In this document: in pieces, positions 11,506 to 25,824 of the stretch
Layout: every line of letters begins with the position of its first letter
How positions within the stretch are numbered: position 1 is the stretch's first letter
From: the human T2T-CHM13v2.0 reference genome, Homo sapiens
Direction: 5' to 3' (one strand)
Assembly (NCBI RefSeq): GCF_009914755.1
Contig: NC_060926.1
DNA: 64,000 bases
Position numbers and translations under genes: made by a program
The notes under the pieces: model-generated
What the model was told of the DNA's origin: nothing
What the model saw: only the letters and a program-made list of their open reading frames with translations
Database searches by the model: none

Positions 11506-14324
11506 TCTGAAATAAGTATCATCATTTTATTGCTTGTTTATTCATCCTGTAGTTGTTCATCTGGATATGAGGTGGCTAGTTTTTCAAGACATTTTGATAT
11601 GCAATGACAGTGATCTAATCTTGTCCTAGTTTGTTCTGGGTTTTGTTTTGTTTTGTTTGAGTCATAGTCCATGATAGATGAGATTTCTTAAAATTTCACA
11701 ATCCATAGACGTACACTGAAGAGAAGGATGGATGCCATAGTTGATTATATTAATGCTGCAGCTTAGTGTTTTTTTTTATTTTTATGTTGTGCTAAGACAT
11801 ATTAATTTTAATATAGTTCAGTTGCCAAACTCCACTTTTAAAGAACTATGCCAAACTAATCCAAATATTGCCTAGAAATGCATTTCCTTACAGGGGTAGG
11901 CATTGTAGAATTTTATTCCCATTATTCTGCTGTAAAGCGGTACTTAGTATATATCTCTAGTTTTCCTTCTCCACTGGTTCCTTTCTCTTCTCCTTCATAT
12001 TCTCTATCAAAGGTTATAACTTCTTATGAGTCAAAGGCACTGCCATAATTGGGGACACCTTACCAGAGGATAAATTAGATGTCTGCTTCTGCTTAATTTC
12101 TGAAGTTATTCCAAAAAAATGATTTTGTTCCTCACCCAAGTGAATTTCTTCCCTTCTCCTGATGAAATTCCAGGATTAGAAATCTATTTCTCTGTGTAAA
12201 TCAATAACCTCTCCAGGCAGTCTCTTTCAAAATGAAGATACTCACGGGAGTGTTCATCATTAAGCTCTTAACACCTCTGTGTGAAGGATTTTCATCAGCT
12301 TTTTCCCACTATGAAAAGACAGCTTGACCCTGCAAGCCGGGCTTGGCTCGTGTGGGACTGTGCAGACACCAAAGCTGGAAGAAAATGAGGGTTGGCTTCA
12401 GAGAGGGAGAGGAGTGACATATTTGCATATGTTTCAAACATTTCTAGAGTTGTCTCCATAGGAGCAGTTTTAGGCACATAGAGCATACCTTTTCTAATTG
12501 AAGTGTCCCTGAGGAGCAAAGGATAGAAGAGTTAGGCGGTACAGTTTGTCCCCACCAGCTGCCCCAACAGTTCCCTTATGGCAAGAGTTCATGGTGACTG
12601 AGATACTGGAGACAGTTACGAAGGTGAAAACAGTAGATGAGTGGTGAGGGGTGTATGTGGGAGCGGTACTCGGGGAGGTGGCTGGGCAGGAAACATAGGA
12701 ACACCAAATCTCACCTCCAGTCCACATAGGAGACACCCAAGAGTGGAAAGTTTTAGTCTCATATGTGTGGACATAGTTTTTAGAAGGCAATAGGAAAGCA
12801 GGTGCTACACAAAGAACAGAAGCTCCTTAGAATGTTAACTGCCCACGCACTGAAAGGGGACCCTTAGAGAAATATCCACAACTGTCTATTTCTAAGTCTG
12901 TATTCTTTTCCTGCATGCTGCAAAACTTGCTTTGTTCTCAAGTTTTCTCAAAAACAAGGTAAAAATTCTAACTCTACAGTTTCTAGGAGACAACTGATCT
13001 ATTTGTTGTCTGCTTGCTTCTGCTCCAAGGAACCAGAAGTGTTTACTCGGGCATGAGCAACTGGGTAAGGAACTCTGCTTGTCCCTTTGATCTATATCAA
13101 CCAGGCAAATCAACATTCTCTCCATTTCCCAGGACCTGAAACCAAGCTAAGCCAACCAGAGGCTTGAAGGACTGTACATCTGTTCTCCTTTCTATTGTGT
13201 TCTTGATTGTTTTTCCTGAGAACTTTCAGAGAAGACTGCATTTGCTGTAGACAGATGCCTGTGTTCTCTAAGCTGATGCAGCAAATATTCAAAAACACCA
13301 ATACAAATTTGATTTCTGTTTGGTGAAAATTTTCTCAAACTTAGATATTAAAAATTATTTTTCACATTTGTTCTAAGTTAAAATATTTTCAGAACTTCTT
13401 TGGGCATAATAATTTAAAACAAATAAGTTAAAATCTGGCCTCCAAGAGTAACTATTTGTTTATTTCCAACATTTGTGGACTCTGCAAATTCATTGCTATG
13501 GGTTCATCTAGGGGTTGTAGGGATTGTTTTCCAAATCTGCAATTTATTTCTGATTATTCTTAAAAGGCTTTAAAAGAAAAAACTAATTGTTTACAATTCC
13601 AGAACCAACTGTGAGCCCAGCTTTTTCTCACTTTTGTGTGTAGGTGAGTACTTCCTACTATCTATGAGCATAATCTCGTTTCATCTACCTTGACTGAGTA
13701 ATGTTTAGAGGCCTGGCCTGTGGGCAAATTGAACACTCTGCTGAAGCAATGGCAGTTACAGTACAACTAAGCTGTCTGATCAGAGAATGACAGAGCTAGA
13801 AAGATATTATTTGATTGAATCCTATGTACAATTGTAATTTAATACTATGCCCCAATTTATTTCTGCCCTACTTTCAATTCAGTTTTGGATGTCTCCAATT
13901 CATGCTACTGTCGTAAGATGTTTCTTAATGTTATTTGAGCATAAATAATACAATAGTTCTAAGCCATGCTTAAACAAATATTTCTTAATTCTGAGCCTGA
14001 GAGTTAAAATATTCAAAGTTAAAGAGAGTTATCAATTTTCTGCTATATTGGGCAACATTTAAACAAAAGAATCATTGACCAGATATGTTTTTAGGTCATT
14101 TTTCTCTCCTTTGGGTCTCCTTTTAAAAGAGTTAAGGGTCAACAAATAAAATTTTAACTACTTACTAACTCTACTGACATGGTTTTAATTTTTTAAATTT
14201 TTTTTTCACTGTTTTCTCTGGAAATTTATACAAAAACACTCATTCAAGCAGAAAGAAAATGGATAGTATATGTGTTTATCACCAGTTTGTCAATGACTTA
14301 GGCGTTGTGTTTCTCAACTCTCTG

Positions 14325-14475
14325 AAGTTGGCAGAGCAGGATAGGTACAATACTATCTTCTCCAGTTTATAGCTGAAGATAGAACTGAGGTTGAAGGAGA
14401 TGACATGACTGGCTTAAGGACATACAGTCTGTAATTGGTATAATTGGACTTTAATGCTGGTGTATGTCTCCCAAG
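14325..14475 (-). mobile_element. MIR fragment
   Basis: tatcttctccagtttatagctgaagatagaactgagg...atgactggcttaaggacatacag. Confidence 0.6.
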
Positions 14476-14716
14476 TTTCTGGTGAGTATTTAAATGTGGT
14501 TTCATTTATAAAATATGAATATTCCTTTGAAGAATGATGCCCCAAATTGAGGTGCTCACTATGGCTAAAATGTTACCTTGCAATTATTACAAGTGTCATG
14601 CTTTTAATCTTTGGCTGGGGGACCAAAAGTATTTATTTTATTTCATATATTTATAACATAGAAGAAAGAGTACCCCAGAATTATGTTATTCCTGAGTAGT
14701 GACACAGGGCCTGCTA

Positions 14717-14733
14717 TGACCTTTCAGTGAACT
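14717..14733 (-). promoter_or_regulatory. Perfect DR5 retinoic acid response element (AGTTCA ctgaa AGGTCA on the minus strand)
   Basis: Plus strand TGACCT-ttcag-TGAACT. Both half-sites fit RGKTCA exactly, and the site lies in non-repeat sequence among further half-sites. Confidence 0.65.
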
Positions 14734-15354
14734 TGAGCCTGTGCAGCAGGTTGGGGAGCCCCAGAGTGGTCAGGTGACCACATTGCCATCTGCAGTTCTG
14801 GACTGGTCATCTGGCCAGTGCTGACCTTTCAGAACATGATCCAGTGAAATCCAAACCCTGAGAGCGGCTGGCAGGCAAAATCTGCTCCTCAATGTCAGTT
14901 TCACTGCTGAGTCGCTTAATTGTCCACTACAACTTGTAAAGGGCCCATTAGGCTCAGGTCATGAACCTCCCATTTAGCATTAATGGATAATCAAATCCCA
15001 TTTGATCTGAAATACTTTTTTCTCGATTGTATTTCCTTCATAATTATAAACACCTAACACTTTCATAACATAAACTTTAATGGAATGACATCTCTTTGTA
15101 AGTGTGACTTTAAGAAACTAACACCTATTGTCAAAGCTGAACCATCAAGATAATATAATTTTATTAAAATCATATCCTCAAACCACATAATAATGATACG
15201 GGTTACAACGGTGTTCCAGTATTTAATATAGTAGATTTTAACACTTTATTCTCTGGCAATTTTGTAAAAAGCAAAGCTTACATTATTTTTCTTGCTCAAA
15301 ACAGATTTCCTTTCATCTCATGTACCTTGAAAGTTTACCAGGCCTTTACCTAAT

Positions 15355-15600
15355 GATCAATCATTCATTAATTCATTTACCAAAAACTTATTGAGCATCT
15401 TCCAGGTGCTATACTAGGCTGTGTACTAGGACAACAAAGATGAATAAGACCCTGTTCACAATGAGCTTGCAACTTAACTGAAATAATATACGTATATAGA
15501 TATGATTATAAGACAATGTGGAAAAGGAAAGGCTATTTATCCATATGGGGTCACAGGGTAGATACTGAAGACATGTGGGCCCGATACCTTCAAGAGTAAA
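15355..15600 (-). mobile_element. L2 3' end
   Basis: tcattcattaattcattt...ttattgagcatct...aaagatgaataagaccctg. Confidence 0.75.
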
Positions 15601-18093
15601 AAACAAAGGAGAGCTTAAAACGTGTTGATTTTAAGCTACCAAGGAGGAAATGACTAGAAGGCAAGTAAATCTCAGGAGTAAGGTTAAGCTAGTTCTATAT
15701 ATGTGGGAATGAGCTTCCTGTAACCAACAATTAAAGTCATGGGAGTTTGTAACAGAAGGGAAGAAGTTCAAGGTTTTTCCTAGAGAAAAACTTTTATTTA
15801 AGGTATAGAAGAAATGAAACAGAAAAAAAAAAAACCCAACCCTAGCAACACATTATAACCACCACTAAGAGAAGCGTTTGAAATGTAGTAAAATGTAATG
15901 AATTTGTTATGGTACTTCAATACCTAACAGTAATAACACTAACCAAAATTCATATAAGTTGCGAGAATTCATTGATCTTGATTTGAAGTTGAATATCCTG
16001 AATTCACAGTCCTGTTTAATATTAATTTCCTCTGGATCCAGAAATGGTTACTTATTCAGTCCATACCTCAGTTAAACCAAGTCTAAAATAAAGATAGGAT
16101 GTGAACATCATCTTCCTTTTTATTAGCTATCTGTGTACTGGAGTTTGCTGAAGAAGAAGAAAAGAAAAACTACTGCATAAATTTAAGATGTATCATTGTT
16201 CTAAGTGCCCCATACCTATTTATAAAACTAAGACTACTAGAAGTGAAAACCCTCATCTAAATATCCAGCAACTATTTAATTATAGGATAGTCCGTAAGTT
16301 ATACATCTATGCACATAATGTGTTCTTTAAAAACGTGTCCCACATAACTCTAAGGTAATTCTCCAAAGAGGCGATTAGTCTGTTGTGTCACAGGATATTA
16401 TGTTATTAATAATACACAGATGAAAGAAAATTGTCCAGTTAATGTGGTTAGCTAGAGACACAAATTGAGAGTCAAGATTCATTGGTTCTATTTTGAGCTC
16501 TACCACCGACTCTGAGCTTTCAGAAGTCACATATTCTTCAAAATAATATCGATCCCTCACAAGGGTATAGGATTTTAAAACCAGATAATTTTAAAGTTCT
16601 TTCAGCTCTTCTGAAGCAGTAGCATTCTTTTTTTTTCAATTAGCAAGGAATCTCACAAGTTTTCCAAAGTGTGTGTCAGGTCTGCTCTGTTGTGTACCCA
16701 TATTACACACAAGGGCTTTGAAATATTTTACATTTAAGTTAGAGACATTAAAAAAATAATTTCCTAAATAAGCCCTAATTAAAATATCATGCACATGATC
16801 TCATTTGCAAAAGAACTAGGTCTAAAGTAGGTATTTAAACAACAGTGTTAGTAAAAGGTAATAAAAAATATAATGAGTATGTGTTAAAATACCCTGACAC
16901 ATTAAATGCTGAATTTTGTAAAATATCAAAGTCATGTTATTGAAATTTTAAGACAAATTATTGTACCAGGCAATGTCTGTGTTTTCAAAGTTAATCAGGA
17001 AATAGAAGAGTATATAGCACTTGAATGACAGACAAATTCTCTATGAAGGCTGCCAATTAGAGTCTTGTATGGGCGGGCTAAGGCTCCAGGAGTTTTCATT
17101 TTGCTTCTGTTTCTCTGTTGGAGTTCCTTTCAAGCTGTCAGAGCTTGGGAAGAACCTGGGCTTTGGTTTTTTAAAAAAATACCTTTCATTTTCCTACACG
17201 AAGTTAAGTTTTGAAAATTTAAACATGATAAAACTCCATGGGACATGACATGATTCAGCTAACGATTTGACTGTGTAATGATCCACAACCAACAAGAGAT
17301 TAAAGATAGAAAAGATGGTTATTACTAGTAAAAAATTACAGTGTTGAGGTATGGATAGCCAAAGATTGTTATCTCTCTCTTAAGACTATTTGTATTAGGG
17401 TTTCTTAAAATTGCTTCAAAGGAAATGGAGGATACTTCATGCTGTGTTTTATATTAGGGGATGCTACCAAGAGCAATAAAACATATCAAAAGTTTAAAAA
17501 TTCTATGCATACACATGTATGCAATTATATATGATATAATATTTTTATTCACATATGTTGTATATATGCATATATATATGTGTATGTGTATCTTGTTTAA
17601 GACTTCTTAAGAAATTAGCACCTCTCCTGAATTTTATGTGTTCACTACTTTTAATTTCTTTTCTTTATATTTTATAGATAAAAAAGGTAGGTTTTTTTGT
17701 TTATACAGTGGATTGATAAGAAACTATTTTACTTTTGGAACTATAGCTCCTGTGAGAAGGAAGGGGAATAACATCCCTAAAATAGCATTCAGAGCAGTGC
17801 CTGCCTACTCTTATAACTCTCTTTCTTCTGTCATCTCTCCTGTCTTCTCTTATTACCTTATGCTCCACACTCCCATCATCTTTTCCCTTGAACCAGTAAG
17901 AATTTGCAGAAGTATTTTTAGAATATTAGAGTCTATTGAGGGAGTTTGGTAAGACAAAATATATGAACAAACAGTTTTCTACAAAATTATTATTGCAAAA
18001 GGTTAGTACTGTTGATATTATTAATAGTAAGAAATGGGATATAATCTGTATCCACCCACAGAGGATGGGTTAAACAATGGTACAGCCACTTAG

Positions 18094-19053
<960 letters not shown>

Positions 19054-21239
19054 TACTATTCAGTTTTCTAAGAAACTCTTTTAATACTAAAAGTAAGGTA
19101 AAAACCAATGTGCATAATATGCTACCTTTTGTATACAAAAGGATTAAAATACTAAATCAAGTTAATATTTTCTTGTACTTGCCTAAACGTACTAGAAAAG
19201 AGAGAAATAAATTAATAAAAATCATCTCTTATGAGAGTAGATAGGGACGGGTAATAGTGAGACTTCTTGATATATCCTTTTAAAAAACTTTCTGAGCCAC
19301 ATGAATGCATTACCTTTTAATAAAAATGCAGAGTAGCACTCAACAAATGTTTGTTGAATGAATAAATGATTGAATTACTTAGAAGGCTCAAAGCTAGTTA
19401 GTTAAGATGACAAATTGAAAGAGTATATTTAATTTCCCTAACTATTGCCACTGCTTTCCAATTCTTTATTTCCTTAAAACTCAATGGACCCAGTTCTCAT
19501 TAAAATACACAATTTATTCAAAATCTTACCTTGTTCTGAAGTGTTTTTCTACTTGTACTTTGTATTCTTTGGAGTTTTAGCTATCCTAGAGTAGAGAAGA
19601 TCTTTTGTGTTTATATTTATTCTTTCTCCAATATCCCATATAAGGCCATGCTCATAGCTAATGTTCAATAAATCATCAACCTCCATAAATTCTACTAATG
19701 TGTCATATAATGATGCTTATTATAGGACATAAAATTTAGATATCTTTTATCTCCATTCAATTAATCGAGTCATATCATTTTACAATGATATGAGTCCTGG
19801 TGATATGTCATATATTCTGAAATAGTGGCTTTTGGATGCATTCCAGGTGATGATAAATCCCCAAGTTCCTTTAGATGACCAATTTGAATATGTGGAGATA
19901 ATTAATAGTGCTTTAGTATGCCTCAATCTTCATACTACTATTTTGTATCTTCTGTTAGAGCCATGTGCTTTTATTTTTCCTATTTTTTTCTGCAGTGGAC
20001 ATTGAGATCTCTCTCCATCACCTAGAAGCATCATTCTACTACTCATCATGAACAAAACCCAGCAAAAACCAAAAGCCATATCTAATCTGTTGGCTAGCTA
20101 CCTTTGACCAGTTAATAAAACTCCTTTTTAGCATAAGTTGTTGTGTTTATTTTATGAAAATATTTGGATTTCTATTTAAATTTCTTCATTGCCATCTCCC
20201 CTAGAGGTCTTCTTATTATGCTGCCTTAGGATTGAGGCTCAGGAGATCACCTCATAGTCAAGGCTCTTTTCTGATTTCTTATTGAGAAAAAGTCCTTTTG
20301 TTTTTATCTTTTTAAAATTCTGACTTTTACTTTAGAGTGAAGAGAGATACAGGAATTTTTTTTGCCTTTAATCAAGTAATGTCAAGAAAGTCAAAGGCTC
20401 AAATAATGAGTAAATAATGAGTTTTCCACATTTAAATATATGTGGAGACTAATTATATATGATACACTTATTTATTAATGAAAGTTATTATTGGAATTAT
20501 TGTTTATCTCCACCTATTTAAGCTAAAGCCTCTACTAGATATTACTTTGTGAAAATGAATAATACCTATAATAATATTTGTTAAATAAATGGAAAGAGAA
20601 AAGATGTTTGGGAGTAGTGCCTAGAAAGAGTATGTTTGAAAATGTTTGGAGAATAAAGCTCCAAAATGCTTTAAGGACGAGACAAAGTTTAAACAAACTT
20701 TAAGATAATTTGAAAGGATATGACAATAGAAAAGATGGAATAGCCATTCTCTATAGTGTAGTCTGTATGTTCATCTAGCTGATTAGATGTATTAGACTGA
20801 AAAATGCAGTGGAACTGAAAAAGTGAAGTGTGATTTAAAGGGGACAAATAGGAATTGGATCTAAAATAGAGAACAAAAATGTGAAGCCCACAAATGTGTT
20901 TCATTTAGTTTGCATTGAATTGGTTCCAATTCCTTCAGATTAGAGAGTCCACATAAGAATCCTATTTTCATCTTCCCTTTACAAAGCACAGGGCAACCCT
21001 AGGAAGCTTCCCCTTCTGGCAACAACCACTACAGCTAATTAAAGGCTACCTACTTTGCATGGGGCATGCTCTCCAGAGTTCTGCCTAATGCCTACTTGGC
21101 TAATTTTTAAATTTAAGTTACTTGTGTGGTCTCTGTAGACACTTGGGTTTTCAAGTCCTGGCTTTAAAGACTTAATCTTTCATCAGCTTTATGGTATCAG
21201 CATCCCTTTCTATTTGAATCTATGTGGTTTCTAAGTTGT

Positions 21240-21418
21240 GTTAGTAAGTAATACCCAAACCAGGATAACCATCATTATCACCAGGGGAGCTTATTAAAAT
21301 TGTGGATTCCAGTCATCTCCCTTCCATAGGCGTAGGGGAGCATGAGAGACATATATTTAACAAATGTCCAGATGATTCTAATGAATCTAGTTTTTAACGG
21401 GCTTCGGAAATCACTGAA
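21240..21418. mobile_element. MER5-like hAT-Charlie DNA transposon remnant
   Basis: caccaggggagcttattaaaat...gattcc...tttaacaaatgtccagatgattctaatg...gaaatcactg. Confidence 0.6.
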
Positions 21419-21719
21419 TGGGGATACAGCAGCAGGTATATTCAGTCCATTCTTGAGTGTGAGGAGCCGAGCCTAAGCTGTTTCTAATTTCTTCACAATT
21501 GTGACTGTAATAGCTCTGGCTCCTTGCCAGTGGTCCTGGGAATCTTGAGCTATCCCATTGGATGCTCTGGTAATGGATGTTATCTGAATACTGAATATGA
21601 ATTTAAAGAATCCCTATTATCATTTAAAAAGTACCTGTCTTCTATGCACCAAAAGCCAAATATCAGAGGAGAGCTATGTCATTGTAATTAACCATCACTG
21701 TCTATTAAGTCCTTATCAT

Positions 21720-21860
21720 TAAGAATTTTCAAGATGGAGAATATCTAATCTAAATATTTCAGATGAGAAAATTGAGACCCAAGGAATTAAATGACTGACT
21801 CAGGGTCATACGATTCAGTAGTAATAGAGAATGTTGAGAACTCCAATCTTCTGAGCTTTC
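21720..21860 (-). mobile_element. MIR fragment
   Basis: atttcagatgagaaaattgagacccaagg...atgactgactcagggtcata. Confidence 0.7.
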
Positions 21861-22250
21861 TTGTATCATAATGATTCACATCCATGTAGAAAGGATGGAT
21901 TATAGCACGTATATTCTCAGGGGCCACTGTTGTTTAGGGCGAGTTGAGTTCAAGGTTAAAGTGATATAGATTACAGGTGCAAAAAATGCATTCTGCCACC
22001 TCCTGCATTTTTCAGGTGTAAAAAGAACTCAGATCTGCAGTTTAGCTTACTTTTCCAAACTGAAAATATCAATTTAAGACTTGTGCATATTTTAGAACAA
22101 AATCTGTAACATAATATTAATTTTTCTCTATAAGGGATGAAACAAATATCTAAATTATTAGGACCAATTTACAAGAACAAAGACAACCGTCTTACTAAAA
22201 TAGAAACATGTTTAGAGGTTAAAATTGATGTATTAATGTAATGTTCCCTG

Positions 22251-22270
22251 TGAACCACCAGATGTCACTA
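22251..22270 (+). promoter_or_regulatory. CTCF-like motif
   Basis: tgaaCCACCAGATGTCACTA against core CCASYAGRKGGCRS (one core mismatch). A possible upstream module tgtaatgttccc lies just 5'. Confidence 0.45.
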
Positions 22271-22909
22271 TTAGAGTCATCATGCATCACCTTACAGTAA
22301 ATTATTAGAGATTTTAGCCTCAGCCAATATTAACAATTTTGTGTTCATGTTCATTGTGTAGATCTTGCAAAATACCTTTTTCTGTTTTTATAAAGCATAT
22401 GCCATTTTTACCTTTCATAATTGTTGATGTGAAGGATATGAAATCAAGAAACAAGAAATAATGTCCTCAGCCTTCAAATATGAGCTTAGGTATAATCATT
22501 TGAGAAAGATAAGCACCTTGTGAAAGTCTAGTTCACTCCTAAAAATCAGTACTTTTAAAAACTATCTTTTTTCCCCAAAGTTGGAGGTCTAATACATTAT
22601 TACAGAATAATTATTTCAATTAAATTTAATTCGATTACAATTTAGAAGTCATTGACTAAAATTTGCAGGAGTTTAAGTCAACGCTGGAAGAGGTAAATAT
22701 TAAAAAAGACATGAAAGTTATTTTTAAGAACCTTAAAATCCATTGGAAATGTAAAAGCTAAATTAAGATAAAATTGTAAAACTATGGAAATAGAATGAGA
22801 GGAGAGAGTGCCATTTAAATTGGGGATTGAAAAATTAGGGATGTTGGAGATTTTTTTTTTTCGGTAGGATAGGGAGGGAGGGAAGGAAGAATACAAAAGA
22901 TACACAATT

Positions 22910-23290
22910 GTGACAGAACATGTTACATTCAGGAAGTTGTGTGACTCTAGAGCAAAGACTATGGTGGGTAGCAGTAAGAGTCTACTCTAGGAAGGTAAAT
23001 TAGAACTAATTAATGAAGAACTTAAATGGATACACTGCTATTTTATTTTTGATAATAATTTCAATAATAATAAATTAATAACATTGCTAATTTTGAAGAG
23101 GGAAGTCATGTGATCTAATTACTGTTTTGCAGTCACTAGCCACATGACTATAGATGGATGCATGGATTGGAGGTATCAGAGACTAGACTTAGGGAAACGA
23201 ATGAGGAGGCTCTTGAAATAATGAAGAGCCTTGGGTAGGAGAAAAAAAGGGAGCATAAAATAGAGAAAGTGGATGCCAATGAGAATTACA
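22910..23290 (-). mobile_element. L2 fragment (degenerate)
   Basis: ggaagtcatgtgatctaatt...gatggatgcatggattggagg...gaggaggctcttgaaataat, an antisense L2 body pattern. Confidence 0.5.
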
Positions 23291-23744
23291 AGTGTTCCGC
23301 AAATTTTGACCTTTTAAAAGTTTTGCCGCCACTCTTTTTGGGGAAGACTTTTTGGAAGGCCACTCAATTCAATTGGTGGCAGAGTTAGGAGATTTTGTTC
23401 AATTAAAAAATGCCAGCTATTTATAGGGTTTCAGTCCTCTAAAGATTTATATGATTAATAGTATTAAAACATTTGCAGCTCAAAAACATCTGAAATTATC
23501 CTATAAAGATAGTTTTAGAACACTGTAATTCTTATAAACTAGTGATTCCAAATGCTACAAGTGAATTTGAACCAGGATTCAAATGTAAACAAGAAAATTG
23601 ATTAACATGAAATCTTAGGTCAATATACAAATACCTTCTTCCTCAAAATCTGTCTCCAGCTGTCCTGCCACAATGCTTGAAATACCCACTTCCCAACCCA
23701 CTAATGATTTGGTTCTCTTAATTAAGGTATTACATTTCTGGGAC

Positions 23745-24020
23745 CGCATTCATCCATGCAACAAACATTGATTGCCTAGCATGTGTCAGGATTCTGCAAG
23801 TTCTTGGGGATACAAAGACGAATGAAATGAGATACCTGAATTCAAGGACCTCATAACTTTACAATGGAGCTAGAGGTGTAAATAAATAATTTCCATACAA
23901 CTTGAAGTATACCCCTGTGGCTTTGGGAACATAAAGAAATTTACTAACTTTGGAGGAAGGAGGAAGTAAGGAGAGGGAGCTCAAGAAAAATGATTCTCAA
24001 GGTATCTGAAAAAATGAGAA
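23745..24020 (-). mobile_element. L2 3' end
   Basis: cattcatccatgcaacaaacattgattgcct...ggggatacaaagacgaatgaaa...tcaaggacctca. Confidence 0.7.
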
Positions 24021-24126
24021 AATCCTCAGGGCAAAGATTACTCTGATAAACTAACTCCCTATAGAATAAGAAGGACATAGGATGCTATTAAAACACCCAT
24101 TAATTTACTGCTGAAATGGAGAAAGT

Positions 24127-24225
24127 AGTGTGACTATCCCTCCCAGTTTCCCTGACACAGCCCTGGTTTTTACTTATTGCTCTCCTTTCACTCTTAAAAA
24201 TGTGCTAGCTTGGACAATAATTTTA
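24127..24225 (+). mobile_element. MER94-like hAT-Blackjack remnant
   Basis: gtgactatccctcccagtttccctgacacagccctggttt...cctttcactcttaaaaatgtgctagcttggacaataatt matches the recalled MER94 consensus. Confidence 0.65.
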
Positions 24226-24659
24226 TTTGTGTGATAAAGCATATAAAGAAAGTCATAATAAAGACATCTGTGAGTGAATTGTCATCAAGATCAGTAGGGC
24301 ACGTAGATCCAATGGTCAAGATGTAGTTATAATGGCAGGACAGGCAAGGAGTCAATGGCTAGAAGAGCCAAAAGAAATAAAATGAAGATCAAGGTATTAC
24401 TGCAGGGTACTGTTCATCTGAAACATGATGAAAGTGTTGGCATATTTGTCTTGTCACATGTGGGGAAAAGGGAGGCCTGGAAAGTAATAGAACACAATGT
24501 TTAAGTGGAGAGTGTTGGAAAGCATGAAAGGTCTTTTATGTCTTATTAAGAACTATAAAATAACTGCTAATATTTTTTCAGTGTCTACTGTGTTGTAGGT
24601 ACTGTACTAACCACAGGATAAGAAATAAACCCCTTAATCCTTACAACAACCATGTGAGG

Positions 24660-24800
24660 CATATGGTAGTCATTAAGGATGTTCGCTGAATATTTCAGGC
24701 TCTGCAACTTCTAGGCACTTAATGAGATTTCATTTTTTGGTCTCCTAGTGTTGAGTAGGGTCATATGACCAGTTAAAGCATTTAGTTATAGTATTAAGTT
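24660..24800 (+). mobile_element. MLT1I/J-like LTR 5' fragment lying within a MIR
   Basis: tggtagtcattaaggatgttcgctgaatatttc...ggtcatatgacc, with MIR-like sequence on both sides (24560-24660, 24830-24960). Confidence 0.5.
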
Positions 24801-25383
24801 GTGGCATTATGACGTTAAGATGTGTATTTTTTTAATTCATATTACTGACAAGAAACTGATACTCAAAGGTTTAAGTAACTTAATCTAAGGTTACTAGTTG
24901 GTAAGTAGTCAGTGAATGGTAAGTAGATATGCCAAGATTAGCACCCAGGAAGTCTAAACAGATATAAACCTGCAGACTCTATTGCTATACAATATTGGAT
25001 CACAAACACCCAAGACTTAATCCTGTTTATCCTAAATGACTCATACTGATGGTATTATTTCTCCTTTTCTTTCCATCATTAAGTCATTATATCCCCCTTC
25101 TCACAGCATAGACACCAAAAAGAAAAAAAGTCTAAGTAAAAAGGAAAAAACAACCTTTAGGATATTTGTCTGTTTTTGTTTACTCAGAAGTTGAAGCTCA
25201 GAACTCTAACAGATAGACAAAGTGTGATAGGTATACAACATGACCATTATGCAGCAGTTAAAAACAGTCAATGAGCTGTATACCTAAAACCTAAAATGGG
25301 TACTAAAAACATGGTGGATAAAAGTAGAAAATGGAAAGTTATCTAACAATATCATTCATGTTAAAATATATCCACATAAGTCA

Positions 25384-25824
<441 letters not shown>

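Noticed and set aside
12295-13301. GC-richer block with four minus-strand ORFs and an octamer ATTTGCAT (12421-12428)
   Set aside because: The peptides are unrecognisable, no convincing splice pair was found, and a single octamer is expected by chance. It may be an unrecognised old LTR.
22866-22888. Possible G-quadruplex (gggagggagggaagg)
   Set aside because: Only three G3 runs, so it does not meet the canonical pattern.
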